From an uncultured Clostridia bacterium (lineage in GTDB: Bacteria > Bacillota > Clostridia > TANB77 > CAG-508): DNA of 64,000 bases. Made by a program: the position numbers and the translations under genes. The notes under the pieces were generated by a model. The model saw only the letters and a program-made list of their open reading frames with translations, did no database searches and was not told the origin of the DNA. Shown piece by piece: positions 1 to 9,638 of this stretch (its first letter is position 1; every line of letters starts with the position of its first letter). Location: NCBI GenBank assembly GCA_934129895.1, contig CAKOWY010000001.1, positions 272,788-336,787 on the forward strand. Reading direction: 5' to 3'.

Positions 1-245
1 TGATATATACTATTACATTCATTTATCAAGATTTTTATTATCCATGTTTTAAAATATTGATTATTTTTTAATTTTTTTATTGACGAATATGTTTTTATTA
101 TCGTTTCTTGAACAGCTTCATTTATATCATCATCAGATTTCAGTCTTAATTTTGCTATTTTATATAATTCGCTTTGCATATTTGTTATCAAAACTGTAAA
201 CGCCTGATTATCACCTTTTTTTGCTTTTTCTATTATTTCCTCCAT
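1..245 (-). CDS. sigma-70 family RNA polymerase sigma factor, N-terminal part (gene continues beyond window start)
   Basis: Minus-strand ATG at 243-245 with GGAGG (complement of 256-260) about 10 nt upstream. Translation MEEIIEKAKKGDNQAFTVLITNMQSELYKIAKLRLKSDDDINEAVQETIIKTYSSIKKL resembles sigma-70 region 2. It is absent from the ORF track because it is truncated by the window edge. Confidence 0.45.
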   Translation of the reverse strand, partial: MEEIIEKAKKGDNQAFTVLITNMQSELYKIAKLRLKSDDDINEAVQETIIKTYSSIKKLKNNQYFKTWIIKILINECNSIY

Positions 246-368
246 AAATAATTTTCCTCCTTAGGTATGTACATACACTTTTTACATCTATTAGACTTCT
301 ATTATATTATAATTAGTTTCATTTTACACAAAAAAAGTTATTCATTTTTTCAAATGAATAACTTTTTT

Positions 369-875
369 CTAATCTTCAAAATATGTACTTACTCCTTGTA
401 ATCCTTCAAAATTGTTTTGTCTTAATATTTCATAAGCTATAATACATACTGAATTTGATAAATTTAATGAACGCAATACTGGTCTCATTGGTATTCTAAT
501 TGTATTTTGAATATATTTTTGTAATAAATCTTCTGGTAATCCTTTTGTTTCTTTTCCAAATAGTACAAATATCTCTTCATCTTTAAATTGGCTATAATCT
601 ACATCTGTATAACAATGTTCTGCTTTTGTTGTTGCAAAAAACATGTTATGTTCTTCTGGTTTGTATTTTTCTAAAAATTGGTCTAGACTATCATGCTTTT
701 CTATTTCTAATTTATCCCAATAATCAAGTCCTGCTCTTTTTAAGTATTTATCATCTAAACTAAATCCTAATGGATATACTAAATGTAATTTTGCTCCTGT
801 AATTGCACAAGTTCTTGCTATATTTCCTGTATTTTGTGGTATTTCTGGTTCTACCATTACAATATTTAATTTCAT
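369..875 (-). CDS. trmL: tRNA (cytidine/uridine-2'-O)-methyltransferase TrmL (SpoU/TrmH family)
   Basis: KLNIVMVEPEIPQNTGNIARTCAITGAKLHLV matches the TrmL N-terminus. The ATG at 873-875 has an AAAGGA RBS, whereas the track ORF start at 908 is a GTG extension. Confidence 0.8.
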   Translation of the reverse strand: MKLNIVMVEPEIPQNTGNIARTCAITGAKLHLVYPLGFSLDDKYLKRAGLDYWDKLEIEKHDSLDQFLEKYKPEEHNMFFATTKAEHCYTDVDYSQFKDEEIFVLFGKETKGLPEDLLQKYIQNTIRIPMRPVLRSLNLSNSVCIIAYEILRQNNFEGLQGVSTYFED

Positions 876-913
876 GATTTTTTTCCTTTCATCTACATAC
901 ATTTTCACATAAT

Positions 914-938
914 AAAAAAACGCCCTTCAAAGCGTTTC
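914..938 (-). terminator. Rho-independent terminator after rpmB
   Basis: AAACGC/GCGTTT stem (918-923 and 932-937) followed on the minus strand by a TTTTTTTATT run, directly 3' of the rpmB stop at 941. Confidence 0.55.
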
Positions 939-940
939 TA

Positions 941-1141
941 TTATTGTGCTCTTTTAACTTTTCCGTTTTTTAAACATTTTGCACATACATGAATTCTTTT
1001 TATTTCTCCATCAACATCAGCTTTAACTGTTCTTAAGTTTGGCTTCCATGTACGTGGAGCTCTTTTACTTATATGAGAACGAGTTATGCTTAATTTATTT
1101 CCATGGATAGCTGTTTTTTCACAAATTTCACATTTTGCCAT
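941..1141 (-). CDS. rpmB: 50S ribosomal protein L28
   Basis: MAKCEICEKTAIHGNKLSITRSHISKRAPRTWKPNLR... is a canonical L28 sequence. The ATG is the 5th codon of the track ORF. Confidence 0.9.
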   Translation of the reverse strand: MAKCEICEKTAIHGNKLSITRSHISKRAPRTWKPNLRTVKADVDGEIKRIHVCAKCLKNGKVKRAQ

Positions 1142-1248
1142 AATAAATAGCACCTCCTAATTTTTCTGTTTTAAATTCGACTACGATTTAGTTTATCACA
1201 TATTTCAAAAAAATACAAGTATTTCTACTAAATTTTTTTAAAATATGT

Positions 1249-1563
1249 TTAGTGTTTACTGCTTAATTCAATTATTTTGTTCATATCGTCATCTTCAGCA
1301 GCTTTATTTTTTCTAATTTGTCCACATTTTTTGCATTTGAATATTATAACATATCCTTTTTTGGAATTAATTTCAAGACCTATTGGTTCTAATATTCCAT
1401 GACATTTTTCTGCTCTGTCTCCAGGATTTATATCTAAATGTTTAGAATGCAAACAGTAAGGACAGTGGTTTCTGCAGGTATACCCTAGTTTTGGAACCAC
1501 TCTTCCACAATTTTCACAAATAAATTCTTCGTCTATTTTTGTAAATTTACTTGATTGTAACAT
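1249..1563 (-). CDS. RNHCP domain-containing Cys-rich small protein
   Basis: Contains the literal RNHCP motif (GYTCRNHCPYCLHSKH) and further CxxC pairs (CENCGR, CKKCGQ), consistent with a zinc-ribbon-like protein. Confidence 0.6.
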   Translation of the reverse strand: MLQSSKFTKIDEEFICENCGRVVPKLGYTCRNHCPYCLHSKHLDINPGDRAEKCHGILEPIGLEINSKKGYVIIFKCKKCGQIRKNKAAEDDDMNKIIELSSKH

Positions 1564-1581
1564 TTTTTACTCCTTTATGTT

Positions 1582-3216
1582 TTACCCTTTAAAGTCTCCT
1601 CCACCTAAAAATTCTTTTAATAAAGAATGTGATGGTACTATATCCTTTGGTATTGACTCAAAATATTTTAATATTTCTATTAGTCTTTGTGCTTCTGCAT
1701 ATTCTTTTTCATCTCTTGTTATTTTTTGTAATAATGGTATTGCTTCGTCTTTTAAAACTCCTAATTCATATATTAATGATGTATTAAATATGCTATCAGC
1801 TTCTTCTTGGAATGGGAATATGTTCTTTTCTTCTCCTCTATTTACATTATTCCATGAAGATATTGTATTTTGTGCTGTATATGCTCTAAATTGATTATCT
1901 CTTACCATTCTTCTTATTAATCTTGTATCTGTTGTTGATATTCTGTTAAATGCATCCATATTTAAAACCGTTAATGCACTTATGTAAATTTTATATTTTT
2001 GATCACTTGGAATTTTCTCTGTTAATTTATCATTTAAGCAATGTATTCCTTCTATAACTAATACTTCATCTTCTGCTAATTTTATTTTATTTCCATTATA
2101 TCTTTTTGTTCCTACTTTAAAGTCAAACTCAGGCATTTCAACTTCTTTACCATTTAGTAAATCTAATAGTTGTTGATTAAATAATTCTGTATCTATTGCT
2201 TCTATACATTCAAAGTCATATTCTCCTTTTTCATTTCTTGGAGTTTGCTCTCTTTCAACAAAATAATTATCTACTGATATTGTTACAGGCTTTAATCCAT
2301 TTATTCTTAGTTCTAATCCTAGTCTTTGAGCAAATGTTGTCTTTCCTGATGATGATGGCCCTGCTATTAATATCATTTTTACACCTTTTTTTGCTGCTAT
2401 TTTATCTGCTATTTGTGCAATTTTCTTTTCATGTAATGCTTCTGATAATAAAATTAATTCTTTAATTTTGTTTTCTTTTACTGTTTTATTTAATCTATAT
2501 ACTGTTCCTACATTTAATACTTTATAAATAGTTTCATATTCGTGTAATGCCCATAATAATTTCTTTGTTTCTTTAAATTCTGGTAATTTTAATGGTTCTG
2601 CAGAACTTGGATATCTTAATAAAAATCCTTTATAATATTTCTTTAATTCAAATATTTTAGCTACTCCAGTATGTGTTGCTATTACTCCATAGAAATAATT
2701 AAAATAATCATCACAATAATACATATTAATTTTATCATTAGTAATTAAGTCTAGTTGTAATCTACCTTTTCCTGTATTATTTTCTTCGTAAAATTTTTCT
2801 GCTTCTTTTCTTGACATTACATTTTTTTCTATTTTTAAATCTTCATCAACTATTCTTTTCATTTCTTTTTCAAGATTTGATAACATTTCTTCTGTTATTT
2901 CCATATTTTCCAAATTGCAGTACATAGCATTTGATAATTGGTAATTTACTGTTACATGTGCTTCTGGATATAGTTTCCAAAAAGCCATTCCCATAATATA
3001 TGTTAGTGTTCTAATATATATTTTCATTCCTTCTTTTGATGAAATATTTATTAATTCTAATTTTCCATCTTCATTTAATTTTTCATCTAAGTTTTTATAT
3101 TCATTATTAAAAATTGCTCCTACAACAGGATATTGGCTTTCTTCTATTTGTTTTTCTGCTATCTCTGATATTTTTGTGTTTTCTCTTGCTTTTACTATTA
3201 TTTTATCTTCTTCCAT
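1582..3216 (-). CDS. uridine kinase-like / nucleoside kinase family ATPase with N-terminal TGS-like domain
   Basis: P-loop GPSSSGKTTFAQRL followed by a uridine-kinase-like core (VLVIEGIHCLNDKLT). The ATG at 3214-3216 has an AAAGGA RBS, whereas the track start at 3234 is a TTG. Confidence 0.7.
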   Translation of the reverse strand: MEEDKIIVKARENTKISEIAEKQIEESQYPVVGAIFNNEYKNLDEKLNEDGKLELINISSKEGMKIYIRTLTYIMGMAFWKLYPEAHVTVNYQLSNAMYCNLENMEITEEMLSNLEKEMKRIVDEDLKIEKNVMSRKEAEKFYEENNTGKGRLQLDLITNDKINMYYCDDYFNYFYGVIATHTGVAKIFELKKYYKGFLLRYPSSAEPLKLPEFKETKKLLWALHEYETIYKVLNVGTVYRLNKTVKENKIKELILLSEALHEKKIAQIADKIAAKKGVKMILIAGPSSSGKTTFAQRLGLELRINGLKPVTISVDNYFVEREQTPRNEKGEYDFECIEAIDTELFNQQLLDLLNGKEVEMPEFDFKVGTKRYNGNKIKLAEDEVLVIEGIHCLNDKLTEKIPSDQKYKIYISALTVLNMDAFNRISTTDTRLIRRMVRDNQFRAYTAQNTISSWNNVNRGEEKNIFPFQEEADSIFNTSLIYELGVLKDEAIPLLQKITRDEKEYAEAQRLIEILKYFESIPKDIVPSHSLLKEFLGGGDFKG

Positions 3217-3291
3217 ATTCTTTTGTCCTTTCAAATATATTTATATTTTTAACATATTACATTTTATAGTATTTTATTCCATAAGTCAATC

Positions 3292-6200
3292 TTAATATGA
3301 GCAATTTTCTTTTCCTACGATTTCTTGAAAAATTTTTAAAATCTCTTCTGTTAAATAAATTGCACCACATGGCTTTAATTCATTATTTATTTTTATTGCT
3401 ACAGCTATATTGTTTTTTTCACCATTAAAAAATTTAATTGCTCCTCTTAATTTCTCTTTTTCTTCTTCTGTTGAATTTGTAATATCTATTATCAAGTGTT
3501 TTGGTCTTTGAATTTCTATATTTTGTAAATTTAAATTTTTCTTTTCATTATAATTTTCACTAAAATTCTCTCCAAAATTTTTTATCTCTTGTGCTATTAT
3601 TTTTGTGTTTTCATCTTCTCTAATGCTTAATCTTCCTTTTATAATTATAATGTTCTCTTCTAAAAGTTTATCTTGACATCTTAAAAATGTTGGTTCAAAT
3701 ATTATTATTTCTGCAGATCCATTCAAGTCTTCAATTGTAACAAATGCCATTATTTTATTATTTTTAGTATATTTCTTTTTTACAGATGTTATTAATCCTG
3801 CAATTCTTACTTCTTGTCCATCTTCATATTCTAGCTTTTCTTGAACTTTTCCCTCGTCATTTTCTTCTGAAGAATTCTGTTCATCAATTTCTTTCAATTC
3901 TTTTGATGATATATTTGTTAATTGTTTTATTTGTTCTTTTATCTTTTCTAGTGGATGTCCTGATATATAAATTCCAAGCATTTCTTTTTCCATTGATAAT
4001 TTTTCTTTTTCGCTCATTTCTTCTTGCTCTGAAAATTGATATTTTATTTCTTTTAAATTGTTTTCTTCTTGTTCTCCGCCTAAGTCAAACATTGATACTT
4101 GACCATTCATTCCTTTTTTATTGTAACTTTGTGCCATATCCATTATTGCTTCATAAGATGCTAATAATGTTGCTCTTGTTTCTGGGAACTCATCAAATGT
4201 TCCTGCTTTTATTAAGCTTTCTACACATTTTTTGTTTACTGCTTCTCCTTCAACTCTTTCACAAAAGTCTGTAAATCCTTCAAATCTTCCATGTTCTTTC
4301 CTGTCTTTTATTATATTATCTATTGGTTGTAATCCTACATTTTTTATACTACCTAATCCAAAACGTATTTGTCCTATTTGATTATTCTTATCTTGATTTT
4401 CATCGAATTCTACTGTAAATTTTGAACTACTACTGTTTATATCTGGTTTTAATATCTTTATTCCTATTCTTCTACATTCATCTATATATTCAGGAACTTT
4501 GTCTAAGTTTCCTAAAAAACTATTTAACATTGATGCCATAAATTCTGCTGGATAATATGCTTTTAAATATGCTGTTCTATATGCAACTACTGCATAACAT
4601 GCTGCATGTGATTTGTTAAATGCATATTTTGCAAATTCTGCCATTTCATCAAATATCTTATTTGCTGATTCAGCATCAATTCCATTTCTTACACAACCAG
4701 GTACGACTATATTTCCATTTTCGTCTACTTGACCATTTATAAATACTTCTCTTTCTTTTGCCATTACATCAAGTTTCTTTTTTCCCATGGCTCTACGTAC
4801 CAAGTCTGCTCTTCCTAATGAATATCCTGCTAAATCTCTTACTATTTGCATTACTTGTTCTTGATATACCATACATCCATAAGTTACATTTAATATTGGC
4901 TCTAAACTTGGATGTGTGTATTCATTGTGTCCTGGATTTTGTTTTCCTCTTATATATCTTGGAATTTGATCCATTGGTCCAGGTCTATATAATGAAACTC
5001 CTGCTATTAAATCTTCTAAACAGTCTGGTTTTAATTCTTTCATGAAGTTTGTCATCCCTTGTGATTCAAACTGGAATATTCCTGATGTATTACCTTCTTG
5101 CCATAATTTATATACTTTAGGGTCTGACATATCTTTGTCAAATTCTACATCTATTCCTCTATTTTGTTTTACAAGATTTATTGTGTCTTGAATAACTGTT
5201 AATGTCCTTAACCCTAAAAAATCCATTTTTAGAAGTCCAAGTTCTTCTAGTGTTGTCATTATATATTGTGTAGAAATTTGTCCATCTCTTACATATAATG
5301 GAACATAAGTATCTACTGGATCTTTTGTTATTACAACACCACAAGCATGTGTTGATGCTTGTCTTGGCATTCCTTCTAATGACATTGCAATTTCTAATAA
5401 TTTATGTACTTGTGGATCTGTATCATATAATTCTTTTAACTCTCTATTTTGTTCTAGTGCTTTTGGAATTGTTATATGTATTTCATTTGGTATCATTTTT
5501 GCTAATTTATCTGCTTCTGAATAAGGATAATCTAATACTCTTGCAACATCTCTTATTACCATTTTAGCTGCCATTGTTCCAAATGTTATTATCTGTGATA
5601 CATGATCATGTCCATATTTTCTTGATACATAATCTATTACATCTTGTCTATGTTCATAACAAAAATCAACATCAAAATCTGGCATACTTACTCTTTCTGG
5701 ATTTAAAAATCTTTCAAATAATAATCCATATTTCATTGGATCTATATCTGTTATTCCAATTGCATAAGCAAGTATTGAACCTGCTCCAGATCCTCTTCCA
5801 GGTCCTACTGGTATTCCTTGACTTTTTGCATAATGTATAAAATCCCATACTATTAAGTAATAATCAACATATCCCATTTTCTTGATTACACCAATTTCAT
5901 ATTCTGCTCTTTTTATAATTTCTTCTGATGGATTTTCTCCATATCTTTCTTTTATTCCATCATCACATAGTTTTTTTAAGAAATCATAATGTGTTGGATA
6001 TTCTGGTGGAACATCATAATTAGGTAATATTGTATGTCCAAATTCAAATTCTACATTACATTTATCTGCAATTTTCACTGTGTTTTCTATTGCATCTGGA
6101 AATGCTGAAAAATATTCGCTCATTTCTTCTGGTGATTTTACATATAATTCATCTGTATCAAATTTCATTCTGTCTTCATCACTCATTCTTTTTCCTGTTT

Positions 6201-6867
6201 GAATACATAATAAAATTTCATGACTATATGAATCTTCTCTTTTTAAATAATGTGCATCATTTGTTGCTACTAATGGTATGTCTAATTTTCTTGCCAATTG
6301 TACAAGTTTTTGATTTGCTAATACTTGTTCTCTTATTCCATTATTTTGTATTTCTATATAATAATCTTCTCCAAATACTCTTTTATGCCATAATGCTATT
6401 TCTTCTGCTTTTTCTATTTGACCATTTAATAGTGCTTGATTTACTGCACCTGCTAAACATGCACTTAAACATATTATTCCTTCATGATATTTTTCTAATA
6501 CTTCTAAATCTATTCTTGGTTTATAATAATATCCTTCTGTAAAGCCTATTGATACTAATTTACTTAAGTTTTTATATCCTTGATTATTTTTAGCTAATAA
6601 TATTAAATGATAATATTGTTTGTCTATTGGTTCTTTATCAAATCTTGAACGTGGTGCAACATATACTTCACAACCTATTATTGGTTTTATTCCTTCTTTT
6701 TTACATGCTTTATAAAAATCAATAGCACCATACATTACTCCATGGTCTGTTATTGCCATTGCTTTCATTCCTAATTCTTTTGCTCTTACTGGTAAATCTT
6801 TTATTCTGTTTGCTCCATCTAATAGGCTAAATTCACTATGTATATGTAAATGTACAAATTCTGCCAT
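3292..6867 (-). CDS. dnaE: DNA polymerase III alpha subunit (DnaE-type, PHP + pol core + OB)
   Basis: The N-terminal PHP domain MAEFVHLHIHSEFSLLDGA...ITDHG is present and the 1191-aa length fits DnaE. A GGAGG RBS precedes the ATG at 6865-6867. Confidence 0.9.
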   Translation of the reverse strand: MAEFVHLHIHSEFSLLDGANRIKDLPVRAKELGMKAMAITDHGVMYGAIDFYKACKKEGIKPIIGCEVYVAPRSRFDKEPIDKQYYHLILLAKNNQGYKNLSKLVSIGFTEGYYYKPRIDLEVLEKYHEGIICLSACLAGAVNQALLNGQIEKAEEIALWHKRVFGEDYYIEIQNNGIREQVLANQKLVQLARKLDIPLVATNDAHYLKREDSYSHEILLCIQTGKRMSDEDRMKFDTDELYVKSPEEMSEYFSAFPDAIENTVKIADKCNVEFEFGHTILPNYDVPPEYPTHYDFLKKLCDDGIKERYGENPSEEIIKRAEYEIGVIKKMGYVDYYLIVWDFIHYAKSQGIPVGPGRGSGAGSILAYAIGITDIDPMKYGLLFERFLNPERVSMPDFDVDFCYEHRQDVIDYVSRKYGHDHVSQIITFGTMAAKMVIRDVARVLDYPYSEADKLAKMIPNEIHITIPKALEQNRELKELYDTDPQVHKLLEIAMSLEGMPRQASTHACGVVITKDPVDTYVPLYVRDGQISTQYIMTTLEELGLLKMDFLGLRTLTVIQDTINLVKQNRGIDVEFDKDMSDPKVYKLWQEGNTSGIFQFESQGMTNFMKELKPDCLEDLIAGVSLYRPGPMDQIPRYIRGKQNPGHNEYTHPSLEPILNVTYGCMVYQEQVMQIVRDLAGYSLGRADLVRRAMGKKKLDVMAKEREVFINGQVDENGNIVVPGCVRNGIDAESANKIFDEMAEFAKYAFNKSHAACYAVVAYRTAYLKAYYPAEFMASMLNSFLGNLDKVPEYIDECRRIGIKILKPDINSSSSKFTVEFDENQDKNNQIGQIRFGLGSIKNVGLQPIDNIIKDRKEHGRFEGFTDFCERVEGEAVNKKCVESLIKAGTFDEFPETRATLLASYEAIMDMAQSYNKKGMNGQVSMFDLGGEQEENNLKEIKYQFSEQEEMSEKEKLSMEKEMLGIYISGHPLEKIKEQIKQLTNISSKELKEIDEQNSSEENDEGKVQEKLEYEDGQEVRIAGLITSVKKKYTKNNKIMAFVTIEDLNGSAEIIIFEPTFLRCQDKLLEENIIIIKGRLSIREDENTKIIAQEIKNFGENFSENYNEKKNLNLQNIEIQRPKHLIIDITNSTEEEKEKLRGAIKFFNGEKNNIAVAIKINNELKPCGAIYLTEEILKIFQEIVGKENCSY

Positions 6868-7157
6868 TTTTTTCTGCCTCCTTGTTCTTAAAATTCTCCT
6901 ATTTTCGTTCTTATATTATCACAAAAAGGCTTATTTTTCAACATAAAAAATTTTTTATATTTTTGAATATATTTTTATTTTCTGTTAATACTATCTTAGT
7001 AAGAGGTGATATCTTTGACAAATATCAATTGTACTTTAGATTGTATTTATCAAATAGATGGAAATTGCTCTTATGATATTATTTCAAATTCAATAATATG
7101 TCCAAATTCTGAATGTTCATATTATTGTAAAATAAAGTAATTTTATTTATTACTTGA

Positions 7158-7206
7158 TAAAAGGTCTAATTTTAAAGTAGTTAAAATTGGACCTTTTATT
7201 TTTTAT
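7158..7206 (-). terminator. hairpin terminator downstream of spoIIP (possibly bidirectional)
   Basis: AAAAGGTCTAATTTTAA / TTAAAATTGGACCTTTT stem with an AGTAG loop. It has a strong T-run on the plus side and a weaker U-run on the minus side, and lies 3' of the spoIIP stop at 7212. Confidence 0.45.
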
Positions 7207-7211
7207 GTAAT

Positions 7212-8354
7212 TTATTTTAATGCTTCATCAAATATTTTTGATAAATACTTCATACTATTTAAGCATTGCTCTAATGTATTTCCTGTTGCCCCAACTTCAA
7301 TTATACATGCTGCTTTTCCTAAATGTTGATTATATCTTGAATTTCGTACTATAATTGGCTTAAATAATCCTGGATACATCTCATTTGCTTTTTTTTGAAT
7401 TTGTATTGCAAATTGTAAATTGTTTTCCCAATTTGGATGATATAATCCTCCTCCATTTGTTCCTATTACAAACATCATTTTTGCTGCTACATCTTCTCCT
7501 ATTTTTACACTTGGATCATAATTACTTTTACTTCCAATTGCATCTCTATGTAAATCTATAATTATATCACTATTATTTTTTTTTAATACATTTTCTACTG
7601 TTTGCAAAGATCTTTTATATGACCCTGTATATGCAGGATAATCATGATATGTCTTATCATGATATACATTAAATTTACGTTCTATAAGATATTTTTCAAG
7701 CTCATCTCCAACTCTTGCAACTGAATAATTTAAATCGATTGTCCTAAAATTTCCGGTTTGCTCATAATTATATGCTTCACTTGGAGTATAACTTTCACAA
7801 GTATGTGTGTGAAAGATCACTATATTTTTTTTATTTATTTCTAATGTATTTGATAATATTTCTTCATTTATTTCATAACTTGTTTCATTTTTTATTTTTA
7901 CTCCTGCTATTTCTAAATTTGAACTTTCTTTTATTGGATTTTGCGTTACAGTTTCTATTTTTACTTCTTCTATATTAGTGTTTTCTTCATCTTGTGGTTC
8001 TGTAATATTTGATTCTACATTTTCTGAAATTTCTATATTATTTTCTTCTTGACTTTTCTCTACTGCTTTCATTTTTGATAATTCTACTCTTAAAATTCTT
8101 TCCGAAAAATTTTTTTCTTTTTCTTCTCCATCTTCTTTTATTTTTGTATTAGAATCTTTATTAATATTTGAAATAGCAGGAATTTCTATATCTAAACAAC
8201 TAATAAATTTTTCTGATATATATGATAATTTTATTCCATCATTTCTTATGTTATTAGCTATTTGTGCTAAATAAAATGTAATAATCGTTAGTATTAATAC
8301 CACTGCTATTCTTTTTAATGAACTTTTAGCATTTATTATTGTAACATTGAACAT
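7212..8354 (-). CDS. spoIIP: stage II sporulation protein P (SpoIIP, engulfment amidase/peptidase)
   Basis: The conserved C-terminal domain IVIFHTHTCESY...IIIDLHRDAIG...CIIEVGATGNT matches SpoIIP. An N-terminal TM anchor is present. Confidence 0.8.
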   Translation of the reverse strand: MFNVTIINAKSSLKRIAVVLILTIITFYLAQIANNIRNDGIKLSYISEKFISCLDIEIPAISNINKDSNTKIKEDGEEKEKNFSERILRVELSKMKAVEKSQEENNIEISENVESNITEPQDEENTNIEEVKIETVTQNPIKESSNLEIAGVKIKNETSYEINEEILSNTLEINKKNIVIFHTHTCESYTPSEAYNYEQTGNFRTIDLNYSVARVGDELEKYLIERKFNVYHDKTYHDYPAYTGSYKRSLQTVENVLKKNNSDIIIDLHRDAIGSKSNYDPSVKIGEDVAAKMMFVIGTNGGGLYHPNWENNLQFAIQIQKKANEMYPGLFKPIIVRNSRYNQHLGKAACIIEVGATGNTLEQCLNSMKYLSKIFDEALK

Positions 8355-8475
8355 ATAATATACTATAAACCTTTCTTTTATTTTTTGTTCCTATATATAT
8401 TATATGTTTTACATATTTTTTTAGAACTTTAACAGTAAAAATTCCTGCCACTAATTTGTGTACAGGAATTTTTTT

Positions 8476-9636
8476 CTATTTTTCTTTTGTTGGAACTTTT
8501 ATTACTACTTCAGTACCTTTTCCAACTTCACTTTTTATATCAATGCTTCCACCATTTCTATCTAATAAATCTTTGGCTATTGAAAGACCTAATCCTGTAC
8601 CACCCATTTCTCTACTACGAGCTTTGTCAACACGATAAAATCTTTCAAAAATTCTAGTTAAGTCTTCTTCTGGAATTCCTATTCCATTATCAAAAACCTT
8701 TATATATGCATCATTATAAACAAATCCTACATATATTTTAATTTCTCCACCTTCTTTTGTATATTTGATGCTATTTGTCATTATATTTAAAACAACTCTT
8801 TCAATATCATCTTTATCTGCATATACAAGTGGAACATCTGCTGTTACAAAACAATTTACACTATGATTTTTTCTTTTTATTTCTATTGCAAGCTTGTCCT
8901 GACATTTTTTAACAAGTTCTCCTAAATCAAATTGCTCTTTTTTTACAACATTTCTATTATTATCATTTTTTGAAAGTGTAAGTAAATCTGTTACTAATTT
9001 TGCCATTCTTCTTGCTTCTGATGCAATAACATTTAAGAATTTGCTTTGTGTTTCTTTATCATATTCTTCTTCTAATAATGTATCTGCATATCCCATAATT
9101 GATGTTATTGGTGTTTTTAATTCATGTGATACATCTGCAATAAATTCTTTTCTCATATTATCCAATTTTACATGTTCTGTTATATCTTGCAATACTGCTA
9201 TAACACCAACTGTTTTATCATTATCTTTTTTAAATGGTGCAAAATATACATTTAAAAATCTATCATCTATGCTTATTCTCTCTTCTGTATTAGTCCAGTT
9301 TTCAAGATATATAATTTTTTCAAGATTTATATGCAATCTGCCAAATATATCATCAAATGTTTTATCATTTGTTGATATATTCATCATTTGTTTTGCTGCT
9401 GGATTTATTAAAATAACAACTCCATTTCTATCAAATGCTATAATTCCATCTGTCATGTGTAAAAAGACACTATTATTTATATCTAAATCATCATTTGTAA
9501 CTCCAGAACCTTTTATTAATCTTGTCTTTGGAAATAACATTTTTCGTTTTAAATATTTTTTCATTAAGATTTCACTTATAATTAGTATTATTATATCTAT
9601 TAAAACTATTAGTATTATAAATTTGTAATTTTCCAA
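8476..9636 (-). CDS. sensor histidine kinase (TM + PAS + HisKA + HATPase_c), no adjacent response regulator
   Basis: It has an H-box (ADVSHELKTPITSIMGYADTL), a G-box (GGTGLGLSIAKDLL) and an N-terminal TM segment. Its ATG is 2 nt downstream of the murG stop, so it is likely co-transcribed with murG. Confidence 0.8.
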   Translation of the reverse strand: MENYKFIILIVLIDIIILIISEILMKKYLKRKMLFPKTRLIKGSGVTNDDLDINNSVFLHMTDGIIAFDRNGVVILINPAAKQMMNISTNDKTFDDIFGRLHINLEKIIYLENWTNTEERISIDDRFLNVYFAPFKKDNDKTVGVIAVLQDITEHVKLDNMRKEFIADVSHELKTPITSIMGYADTLLEEEYDKETQSKFLNVIASEARRMAKLVTDLLTLSKNDNNRNVVKKEQFDLGELVKKCQDKLAIEIKRKNHSVNCFVTADVPLVYADKDDIERVVLNIMTNSIKYTKEGGEIKIYVGFVYNDAYIKVFDNGIGIPEEDLTRIFERFYRVDKARSREMGGTGLGLSIAKDLLDRNGGSIDIKSEVGKGTEVVIKVPTKEK

Positions 9637-9638
9637 TT

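Noticed and set aside
5159-5344. Minus-strand 61-aa ORF inside dnaE in another frame. Similar internal minus-strand ORFs occur at 10814-11059, 12301-12714, 23444-23716, 23995-24186, 25770-25958 and 60799-60981.
   Set aside because: They are nested out-of-frame within strongly supported conserved genes and have no independent signals.
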